64,000 nt of DNA, from assembly GCF_006345805.1 (NCBI RefSeq), contig NC_042999.1:123876001-123940000 (forward strand), read 5' to 3'. This document shows, piece after piece, positions 24,689-36,229 of the stretch. This DNA is from Octopus sinensis. Taxonomy: Eukaryota. Every line of letters starts with the position of its first letter. The stretch's first letter is position 1. Under the pieces are notes generated by a model. That model saw only the letters and a list, made by a program, of their open reading frames with translations, did no database searches and was not told the DNA's origin. The translations under genes were made by a program, and so were the position numbers.

Positions 24689-25341
24689 AGGAGTGGCTGT
24701 GTGGTAAGTTGCTTGTTTACCAACCACATGGTTACAGGTTTAGTCTCACACTGCATGACACCTTGGGCAAGTGTCTACTGCTTTAGCCACAGGCCAACCA
24801 AAGCTTTGTGAGTGGATTTGGTAGACAGAAACTGAAAGGAGCCCATCATATATATGTATATGTTTATATATTATCGGTGAGCCGATAATCGGTGGACCCT
24901 CGCAGCTGAGTGGTACCCGCGTGAGCGGAAACGACCACCCGGAAGGCCTCCATGATCGTGGAATTATGATTTCAGGAGGACAATTGGGATCACGTGGATG
25001 AGAAAGGCATGACCCAGAGAGGAGTGGACAGCGTGCTGTGACCAGCGGTGTCAAATGGATGCCTGACAGACTGGTCGGTCAAAGTGATCAAGGTGATATA
25101 TTTGTGTATGTATGTATATGTTTGTGAGTTTGGGTGTCCGTGCTTGTCCCCCCCACCATCGCTTGATAACAGATGTTGGTGTGTTTATGTCCCCCTGTAA
25201 CTTAGTGGTTCAGCAAAAGAGACAGACAGAATAAGTACTAGGCTTACAAGGAATAAGACCTGGGGTTGATTTGTTCGACTAAAGGCGGTGCTCTAGCATA
25301 GCTGCAGTCAAATGACTGAAACAAGTAAAAGAATAAAAGAA
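24689..25341 (+). mobile_element. SINE family A carrying an RTE insertion in its central microsatellite
   Basis: Head AGGAGTGGCTGTGTGGTAAG; the body resumes after 25097. Confidence 0.9.
24871..25096 (+). mobile_element. 5'-truncated RTE-1-like LINE 3' end
   Basis: GC/CpG-rich; reads ADNRWTLAAEWYPRERKRPPGRPP*SW..GITWMRKA*PREEW (RTE DNRWT..EWYPR..KR..GRP motif). Both internal stops are TGA, consistent with CGA decay. Confidence 0.85.
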
Positions 25342-25356
25342 TGTGAGTGTATGCAC

Positions 25357-25406
<50 letters not shown>

Positions 25407-25556
25407 AGAAAGAGTGTGCTTCTCTGTGTATACACGAACACACACACATCTATGAAGAGAAAGAAACAGAGAGAGAATCACTTGTATTGCTGTCAGAGCT
25501 AGGAAGGAGATAGAAAATGTAAAGCAGAAATAGCTGTTTATGGGAAAATAGGGCTT

Positions 25557-25766
25557 TTTATTCTTTTATTCGTTTCAGTCATTTGACTGTGGCCGTACTG
25601 GAGCACCACCTTTAGTCAAACAAATCAACACCAGAACTTATTCTTTTTAAGCCTAGTACTTATTCTATCAGTCTCCTTTTGCCGAACTGCAAAGTTATGG
25701 GTACATAAACACACCAACATCGGCTGTCAAGCGATGATGGGGGTCAAACACAGACATATATGTGTG

Positions 25767-25814
<48 letters not shown>

Positions 25815-25968
25815 TGATGGACTTCCTTAAGTTTCTGTTTATGAAATCCACTCACAAGTCTTTGGTTGGTCCAAGGCAATAATAGAAGGCACTTGCCAAA
25901 GGTTCCATGCAGTGGAACTGAACCCAGAACCATGTGGTTGGTAAGCTAGCTACTTACCACACTGCCAC
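25557..25968 (-). mobile_element. SINE family A
   Basis: Family similarity; inverted relative to the 24689 copy. Confidence 0.88.
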
Positions 25969-26211
25969 ATCAAAATAAGTATTTCTCAGGTTAGTTATCA
26001 TATTGTATATTGATATATATTCAAACGAGTGGTTTAAGAGGCAAAAGGCTAAGGTTCTCTGTTGAAAGAACACTGATGTGAAAACAGAGTATTGATATTT
26101 TTAAGTCATTCACTTAAAATTAATCAAGTATATAACTGCAGCTTCTGTCATGAATTTATCACTTGAAAAAGGATCAACAGAAATTTATACATGCACACAC
26201 ATACATATACT

Positions 26212-26245
<34 letters not shown>

Positions 26246-26247
26246 AA

Positions 26248-26480
26248 GGCACATAGCTCAATGGTTAGAGTGTTGAGCTTATGATGATGAGGCTGTGAGT
26301 TCAATTCCTGGACCAGACTGTGTGTTGTGTTCTTGAGGAAGACACTTTATTTCACGTTGCTCCAGTTAACTCAGCTGTAGAAATGAGTTGTGACATCACT
26401 GGTACCAAGCTGTATTGGCCTTTACCTTTCCCTTGGATAAAATTGGTAGTGTGGAGAGGGGAGGAGGCTGGTATGCACAA
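26248..26480 (+). mobile_element. SINE family C (tRNA-like head plus MIR/CORE-like domain)
   Basis: GGCACATAGCTCAATGGTTAGAG..GAGTTCAATTCC head, then TTGAGGAAGACACTTTATTTCACGTTGCTCCAGTTAACTCAGCTGTAGAAATGAG; homologs at 37880-38205 (+) and 35835-36070 (-). Confidence 0.8.
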
Positions 26481-26757
26481 ACAACCTTGCCAAGACTTGT
26501 GCAGTACAGTACTTGTGCTCTGTAGTGACCACCATGACTTTGAGACTCAGTCTCAACCCATGGATCCTGTAAAATCTGGCTTTGTGCAGCACCTGGCAAA
26601 CAGTTTCTTTGTGCAGCTCTCAGCAAACAAGGTGCTTATTAAACTCTGCAGTAAGTTTGGGAGTTATACTTTTGTGGTCCTTTCTAACAATTTGCATAGG
26701 AGTCTGATGGTCCCAATCTGAAAGTTCCGGTTTTCTTCCAGAATTTTGTTTCCACCA

Positions 26758-26873
26758 CCTTCAATTGAACAAATCGACCACAGGACTTATTCTTCATAAG
26801 CCTAGTACTTATTCTGTTGGTCTCTTTTGCTGAACAACTAAGTTATGGTGGGGTAGCAAACACAGACACAATG

Positions 26874-26918
<45 letters not shown>

Positions 26919-27078
26919 ATGGGTTTCTTTCTGTTTCCGTCTGCCAGATCCACTCAGAAGGCTTTAGTCAGCCCAAGACTATAGTAGAAGACACTTGCCC
27001 AAGGTGTCACACAATGGGACTGAACCTGGTACCGCGTGGTTGGGAAGCAAGCTTCTTACCACACAGCCACTCCTGTGC
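26758..27078 (-). mobile_element. SINE family A (partly deleted)
   Basis: Family similarity. Confidence 0.85.
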
Positions 27079-27384
27079 AAGTTAATATTATTACTTCCTA
27101 CATATGCTTTGCCATAATGGCTGCTTGAAACCTTGTGTTCCCAGTGCATAACGATGCTGACCCAAAATACTTATAAAATGCCTTGTCATCTGCCCAACTC
27201 CTGATATTTGTTCTCTGTAAGTCAATGGAATAGTGGTGTTTCCTGATAATCTGTTCTAGTTAAGCATTCATATGCATTTGGAAAACCTAATGCAGGGTTG
27301 TGAGCAACAGTAATGGTGACACATACACAAAAACTAATAATATTAACGTGCATAGATTTTATTTTCTCATGTGTGCATATATAT

Positions 27385-27580
27385 CATCATCATCATCATC
27401 ATCATCGTTTAGCGTCCGTTTTCCATGCTAGCATGGGTTGGACGGTTCTACTGGGGTCTGTGAAGCCAGAAGGCTTCATCAGGCCCAGTCAAATCTGGCA
27501 GTGTTTCTACGGCTGGATGCCCTTCCTAACGCCAACCACTCCGTGAGTGTAGTGGGTGCTTTTTACGTGCCACCCGCACT
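27385..27580 (-). mobile_element. RTE-type 3' tail ((CAT)n-CGTTTAGCGTCCGTTTTCCATGCTAGCATGGG)
   Basis: Same family at 37800-37856 (+), 38380-38560, 47850-48170 and 53135-53640 (-). Confidence 0.75.
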
Positions 27581-27612
27581 GATATATATATATATAATGT
27601 GAAATGTATAGA

Positions 27613-27867
27613 ATTAAATATCCATCACAGCTGATCTTACCAATCGGTTTCACATAAATAATATAATGGAGTGTTAGGTAAAAATTTGATTATATAACTT
27701 TACGCTCATCAGAGTTTGCCAATCTGGAAGGAAATATGGTGCCATATTCCCTTCCATATTGGCTAACTCTAATAAGTGTAAAGTTATGTAATTGGATTGC
27801 TGCCTTACGTTCCATTGTATTCTTTACGTAAAACCAATTGGTAAGATCAGCTGTGATGGATATTTAA

Positions 27868-27868
<1 letters not shown>
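27613..27868. repeat. 256-bp near-perfect palindrome (127-bp arms, 2-nt spacer, no indels)
   Basis: Arm-by-arm manual alignment: outer ~32 bp identical, ~21 substitutions in the inner part. Confidence 0.95.
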
Positions 27869-27918
<50 letters not shown>

Positions 27919-28158
27919 CATTGTCAAACGTATTTGAAGAGTCAGAAACCGGTCCTGCATTATATGATTCTAAGTTGTCCATTTATCGAATGTTCTTCCT
28001 AGAGGTAAGACAAATATTTCATGTTTGTTGCACACACATGCTAGTAGAAGGTCTAAATGATAAGCTATTGATTAAATCCACTACAAAAGTCTATAAACAT
28101 CTAAAGTCCAGCTGCCAAAAGTATATACTGAAAATGCCAGAACATTTGGATTATAGTA

Positions 28159-29374
28159 CCATAAAAACCCATGTAATTTACTCACTTTTCTCACAAAAAT
28201 AAAAATAAACTTTAGTGGGTGAGTAAACTATATGAGTAGATCGTTTCCAGAATTCTTTTTGAAAATTTTTTTTGTTGCAAAAAGACGTACAAAATGTAAA
28301 CATTTGTGCCGGAAGTTGACACATTTAATATCAGAATAGGTTTTTACAGAAAAAATAATGGCTTAAATATGAAGTTGACTTCTATTTATGCTGGGCGATA
28401 TAATGCTTACTTTTTCTAAATTTACTAAATCTATTAAATGGTTAACTACTTTTTGAAGTTTGACATTCATAGTAGTAAACATGGTCTGAGCCATATTTTA
28501 CATTGCTTGGAGTTTCCATCTACTGCAATGGAGAACCATTGATATGCATAATGATATGGATATTCCTGACTGAAAAAAATTTAATGATATGGATAATTTT
28601 GATTGTATGTTTTTATTTTTGTCTGTTTATTACTAGACACAGTTTTAAATTTGTTGTACCGTTTGCACCAGTTTCAATCATTGGCTCTATTGCCACATTC
28701 AAATGCATATTCAATATAATTAATTTCTCCTTTGCAGTAAATGATTCATAAGTTCTGCCCATACTAACAATAACGGTTTTGACACATTTTTAAGTTTGCT
28801 TGACATTTTATAAGTGAAAAAGGGATTCAAATTATAATACTCCGTATCAAAGGTTCCAACAAGAATAGGCAGAAAAGAATTCTGTTTGCATAATCAGTTT
28901 GATCGGTCACCTTCCACTGTCGGTTGAGCAAAGTGTCATCCAAGTTGATGTTTATTGGTAATTAAACTTGATTTGCAACACCTGTTAGTGTTTATCAGCT
29001 CTGTTTTTCCTGCGATTGTGATTTGAGAAGACATACAACAGTATGCTAAAGATCGGACTTAATCTCTTGTGGGCCAGGAATGTAAAATAAAGTCTATTAT
29101 AAACAACACAAACACTATGTAATTTAATAGCTTTTAATGTGATACCTGTTAAACAGAAATTATTTTTATTTATTGAAAATTTAATAAAATCTAATCATAA
29201 GAGAAATTATGTTAAATACAACTAAATTGAAAACCTTTTTCCCCTGGCTATATCAATAATTCTGAAAACTTTTGGGTGTGAATTTTACATGAGTAGAGGC
29301 TTTTTTAACAAATTTTATCCTGAAAATCACCTGCGTAAATTACATAGGTGCACAATTTACATGGGTTCTTACGG
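28159..29374. mobile_element. Tc2/pogo-like non-autonomous DNA transposon with TA TSD
   Basis: TA|CCATAAAAACCCATGTAATTTACTCAC matches right-end reverse complement TA|CCGTAAGAACCCATGTAAATTGTGCAC. Confidence 0.7.
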
Positions 29375-30914
29375 TATCTGGAGCAGAAGGCAGTTGGAGT
29401 AGGGTGTCCTGTTCTTGTTTGTATTATGTACCAAATTTTTAACTTGTTTTGATGTAGTGTATTACTTTTTTACCCGACCTCTTATTTATTATGTGTATGT
29501 ATATCCTTGTATACAAGACTTATGTGTATGTCTTGTAACCTTTGTGCATGACATGATTTATTTTGTAACTAATAAAGAAAGGATCCTCGTCATCATCACC
29601 ATCTTCAATATCATCATCATCATCATCATTATAATCACCATTATTATTACTGATCTTATTGTTGCTGCTGCTGAAACCTCAATATACAGTGTCTTCTTCA
29701 CTTGAGAACAGCTGCTGTCCTGTTTGCATTATCAATAACAACTTTCTTCATATTCTACAGTGAAGCGTTATGATAAACAAGTAAAATTCCACTGCTCAAA
29801 ACACAAACATTACAATATATTTTAATAATGCTATTTTTCTCATCTTTTCAATATTGTTTCTATGGATAAAGCTTCATCTTTTTTAATGGAATATAAGTTT
29901 TGGTTGGATGGTTCTGCATACCTAACTGCTTGCATGAATATAAAATTTCAGAGCAAATGGTTTACAGCTGGATTTTCTTCATAGTATCAATTATTCAACA
30001 TTGTAATAATGGCAGTAATACCAATTTTTCAACTGGACAGAATGAAGTGGAGTAATGAATGATGACTATTGATGCAACTCAAAGATATTTGGCACATTTT
30101 CTCTTCATAATATGTATTAGAATAATACAGCATTTTAACCTTATATCACTTCTTCCTTTCACATGAATTATTTGGTGCATTTGCAATGTGTAATATATTC
30201 TTGAATAATATAGAACCTTAACCACACATCACCTTTTCATTTCTGATGAATTATAACCATGTCAAAAATTTTTTTTTATTCTTCAGATAAAATAAGAGTT
30301 ATCGATAATCTAAACAAGGTAATATGTCTCTGCACAGCTTCAGGCAATATAATTCCTCATAAGAAATCAAAACCATCAACAAGAACTTCTTTAATCTACC
30401 TAAGGCCCAAAGCCACTTTATCACAAAGTATTTCTTTTACACAAGAACAATTTATCTTCTTTACTTCCTAGTGTTGTCATATTTCATAGATACAAACCAT
30501 CAAATTGATGCCACCTTCTATCAATCCTGTTGATGAAACAAGATTTTTTTCTCTTTCTTCTTGAGAGGCATGCAATGCATTGGTTCCTGGTTACCTTTTC
30601 CTGTTTCCAAAAAAGAATTTGAAACAAGCATTATAAACCAATGAACCTCTTCACATTTTCACCATTGCTCCTGCTGTTTGCTGCAATGAAATGTTGCTTC
30701 TAGTGATATTTATCTGCATCTAAATGATTGAGCTTGTGAGAATTTTGATCACCTTGAACAAAGACACTGTTTCACTCATGATGTATACTAACTAAAAAGC
30801 TAATGTAACACCGATCAGTTTGACAGTGCTCCTACTGCGACTGTGGTGAGTTGTGACCCTTCATGGTAGTTGTTTATAATTAAGAGAACTGAGCTACCTA
30901 GAAGTGTCTTAGTA

Positions 30915-31525
30915 TTTAAACCAGCCATATCCAGCTCAAATATTCTACCTGTTTATGTTCAAACCAGCCAGATCCAGCTTCTAATACCTACTATTCTAAA
31001 AATATGCAATCATATCAAAATCTCAGAGTTATGGGGAAATGCATGATTAATTAAAAACAATGTGATTAAATAGGCATAGGAGTGGCCATGTGGTACGTAG
31101 CTATAGGCGAAGGAGTGGCTGTATGGTAAATAGCTGCAAAGTACCTTGGGCAAGTGTCTTCTACTTTAGCCTCAGGCCAACCAAAGCCTTGTGAGTGGAT
31201 TTGGTAGATAGAAAATGAAAGAAGCCCATCGTACATATATGTATATATATATGTGTGCATGTGTGTGTATATGTTTGTGTGTCTGTGCTTGTCCCCCCAA
31301 CATTGCTTGACAACCGATGCTGTTCTGTTTACGTGCCCGTAACTTAGCGGTTCGGCAAAAGAGACTGATAGAATAAGTACAAGGCTTACAAAGGATAAGT
31401 CCTGGGGTCGATTTGCTCGACTAAAGGTGGTGCTCTAGCATGGCCACAGTCAAATGGCTGAAACAAGTAAAAGAGTAAATAAACATTACATTTGATAAAG
31501 TAAGCTGAATACTAAAGGGTTAATC
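30915..31525 (+). mobile_element. piggyBac-like MITE interrupted by a family A SINE (31071-31480)
   Basis: Homologous to the 14345-14578 family; ends AATACTAAAGGGTTAA; SINE A nested within it. Confidence 0.6.
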
Positions 31526-32275
31526 AATGCCACAGTTGCAACTCTCCAGATGTTAAGCATATTAATAACCTGGCTAACTGCAGTTCTTGTTGCTTATTAA
31601 AATTTTTTGTTCCATCCAAACAAAATTTTAACCTTATATTTTACTTCATCATTATCATTACAACTCCTATTCTTTGAATGTCTCCTGCGTGTAATTATGC
31701 CACACAGGTTATTGAGTTAAATATCCACAGCAATGACTTCTATAGTTGTAATGAAAATAGTTTATCCTTGAGTATATTATTCACCTTCAGATCTCCATAG
31801 TTTTGGTGATGTAGACTTACTTCCTCTAGTGCTGCTGACTTAATATCATGATTGTCAAACCAACAAGGAAGCTGCTAAAAATAGCAACAAAATCCTTTTA
31901 GTGAGCTTTTAGCCCACTAATTTAATATAATGTCCGGTCATCCTTCGATAGCTGTAGGAATTAATCCAGTGAAAAACAACAACAATTCGTATGAGTTTTC
32001 GAGGCCTTCATGTACATGGTATATTTATTCCAATCCAGGAGGAGAGCATTCATACACAGCTTGTATATTTAACATTTAACAGAACAGAATGAAGTTGAAT
32101 AAGAAAAGGTTTTCGTCTTGCCACCTTCCATGACTGGTATAGTGGATTCCACTCAATTCAAATCGACATTGGGTAGTCCAGTAGCAGAGAGGGAGATGAT
32201 GCAGTTAGCAGCAGACTGCTTGGTCAGCAAAAGAGGCCGTTCTTGGCTCAGCCCGTCTTTTTATCCCTATCTCAC

Positions 32276-32382
32276 AAGCGCCACCTCATTGTTAACAATG
32301 TGACCAGGGGAGATAACACCAGATGATCCATGTTCGGACATGGATTCAACTACAGTTGCCTGCATCCTTTTCATATTATAAC
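32276..32382 (-). CDS. Candidate exon 2 of an unidentified minus-strand gene (GYNMKRMQATVVESMSEHGSSGVISPGHIVNNEVAL)
   Basis: Acceptor TTTTTGTGTTATTGGTAG|; only one frame is open; donor CTT|GTGAGA; phase 1 to 0 links the 40392 and 24475 exons. Alternatively a terminal exon with a stop at 32267-32269. Confidence 0.42.
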
Positions 32383-33485
32383 CTACCAATAACACAAAAA
32401 TATAAAGTGGTCACAACAGTGAGACTTTTGACCAGAGATATATACAACCAGGGCTGACATGCAACCAAAAGTAACAATAACAATATCATAATCCCTTTCT
32501 CTTTTATTTCAAGTATTCTTGAAATAAATCTTTAGTCAAAAAAAATCTTTAGTCAATAACATTCTTTCCTTTACAAATACTTTCTGTTAATCCTTTTACA
32601 ATATTTCTAATCTCCATGTTTGCAAACTAATTATGAAAATTATCAACAATTTGGAATGATTTAGTAAAATGATTAAATTATTGTTGGCAAGTTGGTGCTT
32701 TGAACATCACAAAATGTTCTTAAATAAAATTATGATGGACAGTTTTAATCAAAATGAAACTAGTTTCAAATGAAGTGTTTTGCATCAAAGGTATCAAATA
32801 ACAAGGAGTCACTTCAGACAGGTTGCTATCAGAAGGGTTTATATCCTGCTGCTTAGCAATGCTCTCTTTTACTCTTTTACATGCTTCAGTCATTGGACTG
32901 CAGCCATATTGGAATATTGCCTTGAGGGGGTTTTAATGAATTGCATCAATCAAAGGACTTATTTTTAAGTTTGGTATTTTCCTAAGCAATTTATATTTGT
33001 TTGCAGAAGCTCCTTTGTTTGCTCACATGTTGAGGATGTTCAAGCTAGCAGTGATGAAGAGGATGAGGACAACAAAGAAGAAATGAATGAGAATGGTGTT
33101 GATGATTTATTCAAGTTCAAATCATTGATGCAATTTTATACCAATTGCTATTTTTACTTTTGTTATGTTACGATTATATTATACTTTAGTTTGATTTTAA
33201 TTATTACTTACTACATATAATTCAATTGTTATTATTATTTTTATTGTTAAAGTGAAAGCATCTGACATAAAATAGAGAAATATTTTTGTTTCACTTTTAA
33301 CACGTAATACTGAAATAGTCGAGAAGATATGATATTGCTATGGGCTCACTCTAGGCAAGAAGTTGAACTTTTGTTTGCCCATGATACTCCCCGGACCCTA
33401 AGTAAGGCATGTGTAAAATTTGAATGAAATTGGTTGTATAGGGAAACACACAAGCAGACAGACATTCTCAGTTTTATATATATAA

Positions 33486-33564
<79 letters not shown>

Positions 33565-33757
33565 ATATACACACACACACATATATATATGTATGTGAGT
33601 GTGTGTGTGAGGTAAGAAGCTTTTGCTTCCCAACCACATGGTTCCAGGTTCTGTTCCACTGTGTGGCACCTTGAGCAAGTGTTTTCTACTACAGCCTCGG
33701 GCCGACCAAAGTTTTGTGAGTGGATTCAGTAAACAGAAATTGAAAGAAGCCCATTAT

Positions 33758-33805
<48 letters not shown>

Positions 33806-33890
33806 TACATCTAAAGTAGGATAAAATTTTTTCTAAAAAAAATTTTATCAATGGCCAGCATATTAAAAAATACCTTTAAAGGTTAAATTT

Positions 33891-34262
33891 ATAAACAACT
33901 TATAAATAAGAGCAAACGAAAAATTTTCTAATGCCAAATATGCCGAAACAAGACACTTTGGCCATAACCATATATTTTATCACAATAAGCACGCTACTCG
34001 AAAAAGGTCAACAGAAATTTCTAAAAAATTCCGTTATTACCATATCTTTGCCGCATTTATCACTGACGAAGAGAGGGTTCTTACGAACTAACCCTGAAAT
34101 CGGTCCGATATGGTAATAACGGAATTTTTTAGAAATTTCTGTCGACCTTTTTCGAGTAGCATGCTTATTGTGATAAAGTATATGGTTATTGACAATGTGT
34201 CTAGTTTCGGCATATTTGGCATTAGAAATTTTTACGTTTGCCATTATTTATAAGTTGTTTAT
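33891..34262. repeat. 156-bp inverted repeat (about 11 mismatches) with 60-bp loop; probable Penelope tail-to-tail pseudo-LTR
   Basis: Arms 33891-34046 and 34107-34262 aligned manually; the loop holds a hammerhead core. Confidence 0.9.
34057..34116 (+). ncRNA. Type I hammerhead ribozyme-like motif
   Basis: Stem I UUAUCA/UGGUAA; CUGACGA 34063-69; stem II AGGGUU/AACCCU; GAAA 34096-99; palindromic stem III AUCGG-U-CCGAU; triplet AUA. Extra AGAG between core and stem II. Confidence 0.65.
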
Positions 34263-34954
34263 ATATATATGTTTATATCTATGTGTGTGTGTATGTGTGT
34301 GTATGTGTATCTGTATGTCTGTGTTTGTCTCCCAATCATCACTTGACAACTGGCATTGATGAGTTTACGTCCCTGTAACATAGGGGCTCAGCAATAGAGA
34401 CTGATAGAATAAGTACTCGGCTTAAAAAAAAAGTCCTGGGGTTAATTTGTTCGACTAAAACCCTTCAAGGTGGTACTCCAGCATGGCCACAATCAAATGA
34501 CTGAAACAAGTAAAATATAAAAGATAACAGCTAAATATATATAGGCATACACATATATATGTATGTATGCGTATATAATATAAATATATATATATGCATG
34601 AATTCCATGTGCACTCAATTTCAACAATAACATCTTTTAAAGTTAATAACATATGAATTAACTCAAAAACGAACTAAAAATGCTAACTAGGTCTACTCAT
34701 TCATTGAATCATTTCAGTGAACTAAACAAGCTATGAGAAAAAAAAAATCTACTGATACTCTGGAGTACGAACATGTATAACAATCTCTGGAATAACTAGA
34801 CAGAACAGCAGACAAAAATAGCTAACATCTATATACTTGCCCTAAACTTGTCAAATAAATTAATTTTGGTTTGCCTAATTGTCTACATTTTGTTTTCATA
34901 ATGAAGACTTAAATATAACTATATCTAAAATTTATTACAATTTCTTTCTATGAT

Positions 34955-35160
34955 TTCATTTTCTTTTTTTTAACTTCTTTATTTTTTGTTTATTTTCTTG
35001 CTTCTTCCTTCCACTCTCTCTCTGCTTTTCTGTCTCCCTTTCCTTCTTTCTTTCTCTCACCCTTTCTTTATTTCTTTCTCTCTCTTTTTTTTCTTTGTCA
35101 CATCTCTCCATAAATCCAAATGATTTCTTCTTTATATGTGTTCTTTTTTTCTTTCTTTGT
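34955..35160. repeat. Pyrimidine-rich (CT/CTTT) low-complexity tract
   Basis: Read directly. Confidence 0.85.
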
Positions 35161-35602
35161 AACAAAGAGTAATAGCTGTCTGAAAATTGCTTTCACAGCC
35201 AATAAATAAATGTCTAAGTGAATTGAACAACTAGAAATCATGATTACTTGAAATAATAAAGAAAAGAATAGACGGAAATTCTAAATTTATTGACCATTGC
35301 ACACACACACACACAGAAGATGCACTCACTTTAATATAAGCATAATAATCTGATTCTAGATAATATAGGCCAATGTTTTGTAATATCAAAACAATAACAC
35401 ATACAAGCATGCATACACATATGTACTTAAACACACTCAAGCGTATCCATATATAGAATTCATATACATCTATATGTATGGATGTGTTCTTGTATGTCAC
35501 TTCATATGTAAGTGTGCGTGTGTATGTCTGAATGTGTGTGCATGTATTTTTAATCATTTACATAAACAACAAAAACAGCATCAAACATAATCCTTTCTAT
35601 TA

Positions 35603-35810
35603 TAGGCACAAGACCTGAAATTTGGGAGGAGAGGGATAGTTGATTACATCAACCCCAGTGCATAACTGGTACTTATTTCATCAACCCTGAAAAGGATTAA
35701 AGGCAAAATTGGCCTCAGGAAAAAATTTGAACTCAGAACGTGAAGATGAGTGAAATACCACAAGGCATTTTGCCTGGTGTGCTAACAACTTTGCCAGCTC
35801 ACCACCTTTA
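35603..35810 (-). mobile_element. SINE family B
   Basis: Family similarity. Confidence 0.85.
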
Positions 35811-36229
35811 AAGTAAAATTGCTTCCCAAGCAATTATAGACTCACAGCGCTGGTTTCCCAGTTTCCAGTTTCCATGGCGTTATATTCCCCAACTGGACAG
35901 GATGCCAATCCATCACAGAATTTCTCATTTTTGCCAGCTGAGTGGATTGGAGCAACTGAAAAATGAAGTGTTTTGCTCAAGAACATAAATGCATCACCTG
36001 ATCCAGAGATCAAAACCACAATCTTACAATCCTAAATCTAACACCCTAACCACTAAGACATGTGCCTCCAGCAATGCTTTCAAAACTTGGCTCAAGGGTG
36101 ATGATAGTGATGATGATGATGATGATCCCAGTAATTTTGGGGCAGTGAGTAAGTCAATAACATCAACCCCTTTACTCAACTGGTACTTATTTTATCAACC
36201 CTGGAAAGATGAAATGGGCAAACAATGAA

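Larger units (their letters stand above)
33606..34525 (+). mobile_element. SINE family A split by an inverted-repeat/hammerhead insertion
   Basis: Head and CORE-like part at 33606-33760; 3' half at about 34270-34525. Confidence 0.85.

Noticed and set aside
26248-26320. tRNA-like sequence with A and B boxes (also the heads of families A and B, and about 52245-52300)
   Set aside because: These are SINE heads continuous with SINE bodies; no complete cloverleaf could be built.
32060-32275. Frame continuing past TAG/TAA/TGA after the 32382 exon; considered stop-to-Trp recoding by A-to-I editing
   Set aside because: A GT donor immediately before the first stop explains it more simply; three edited stops would be needed and there is no evidence for them.
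33007-33220. Acidic exon-like frame (SSFVCSHVEDVQASSDEEDEDNKEE)
   Set aside because: Good acceptor but only a weak donor, low complexity and no partner exon; left unassigned.
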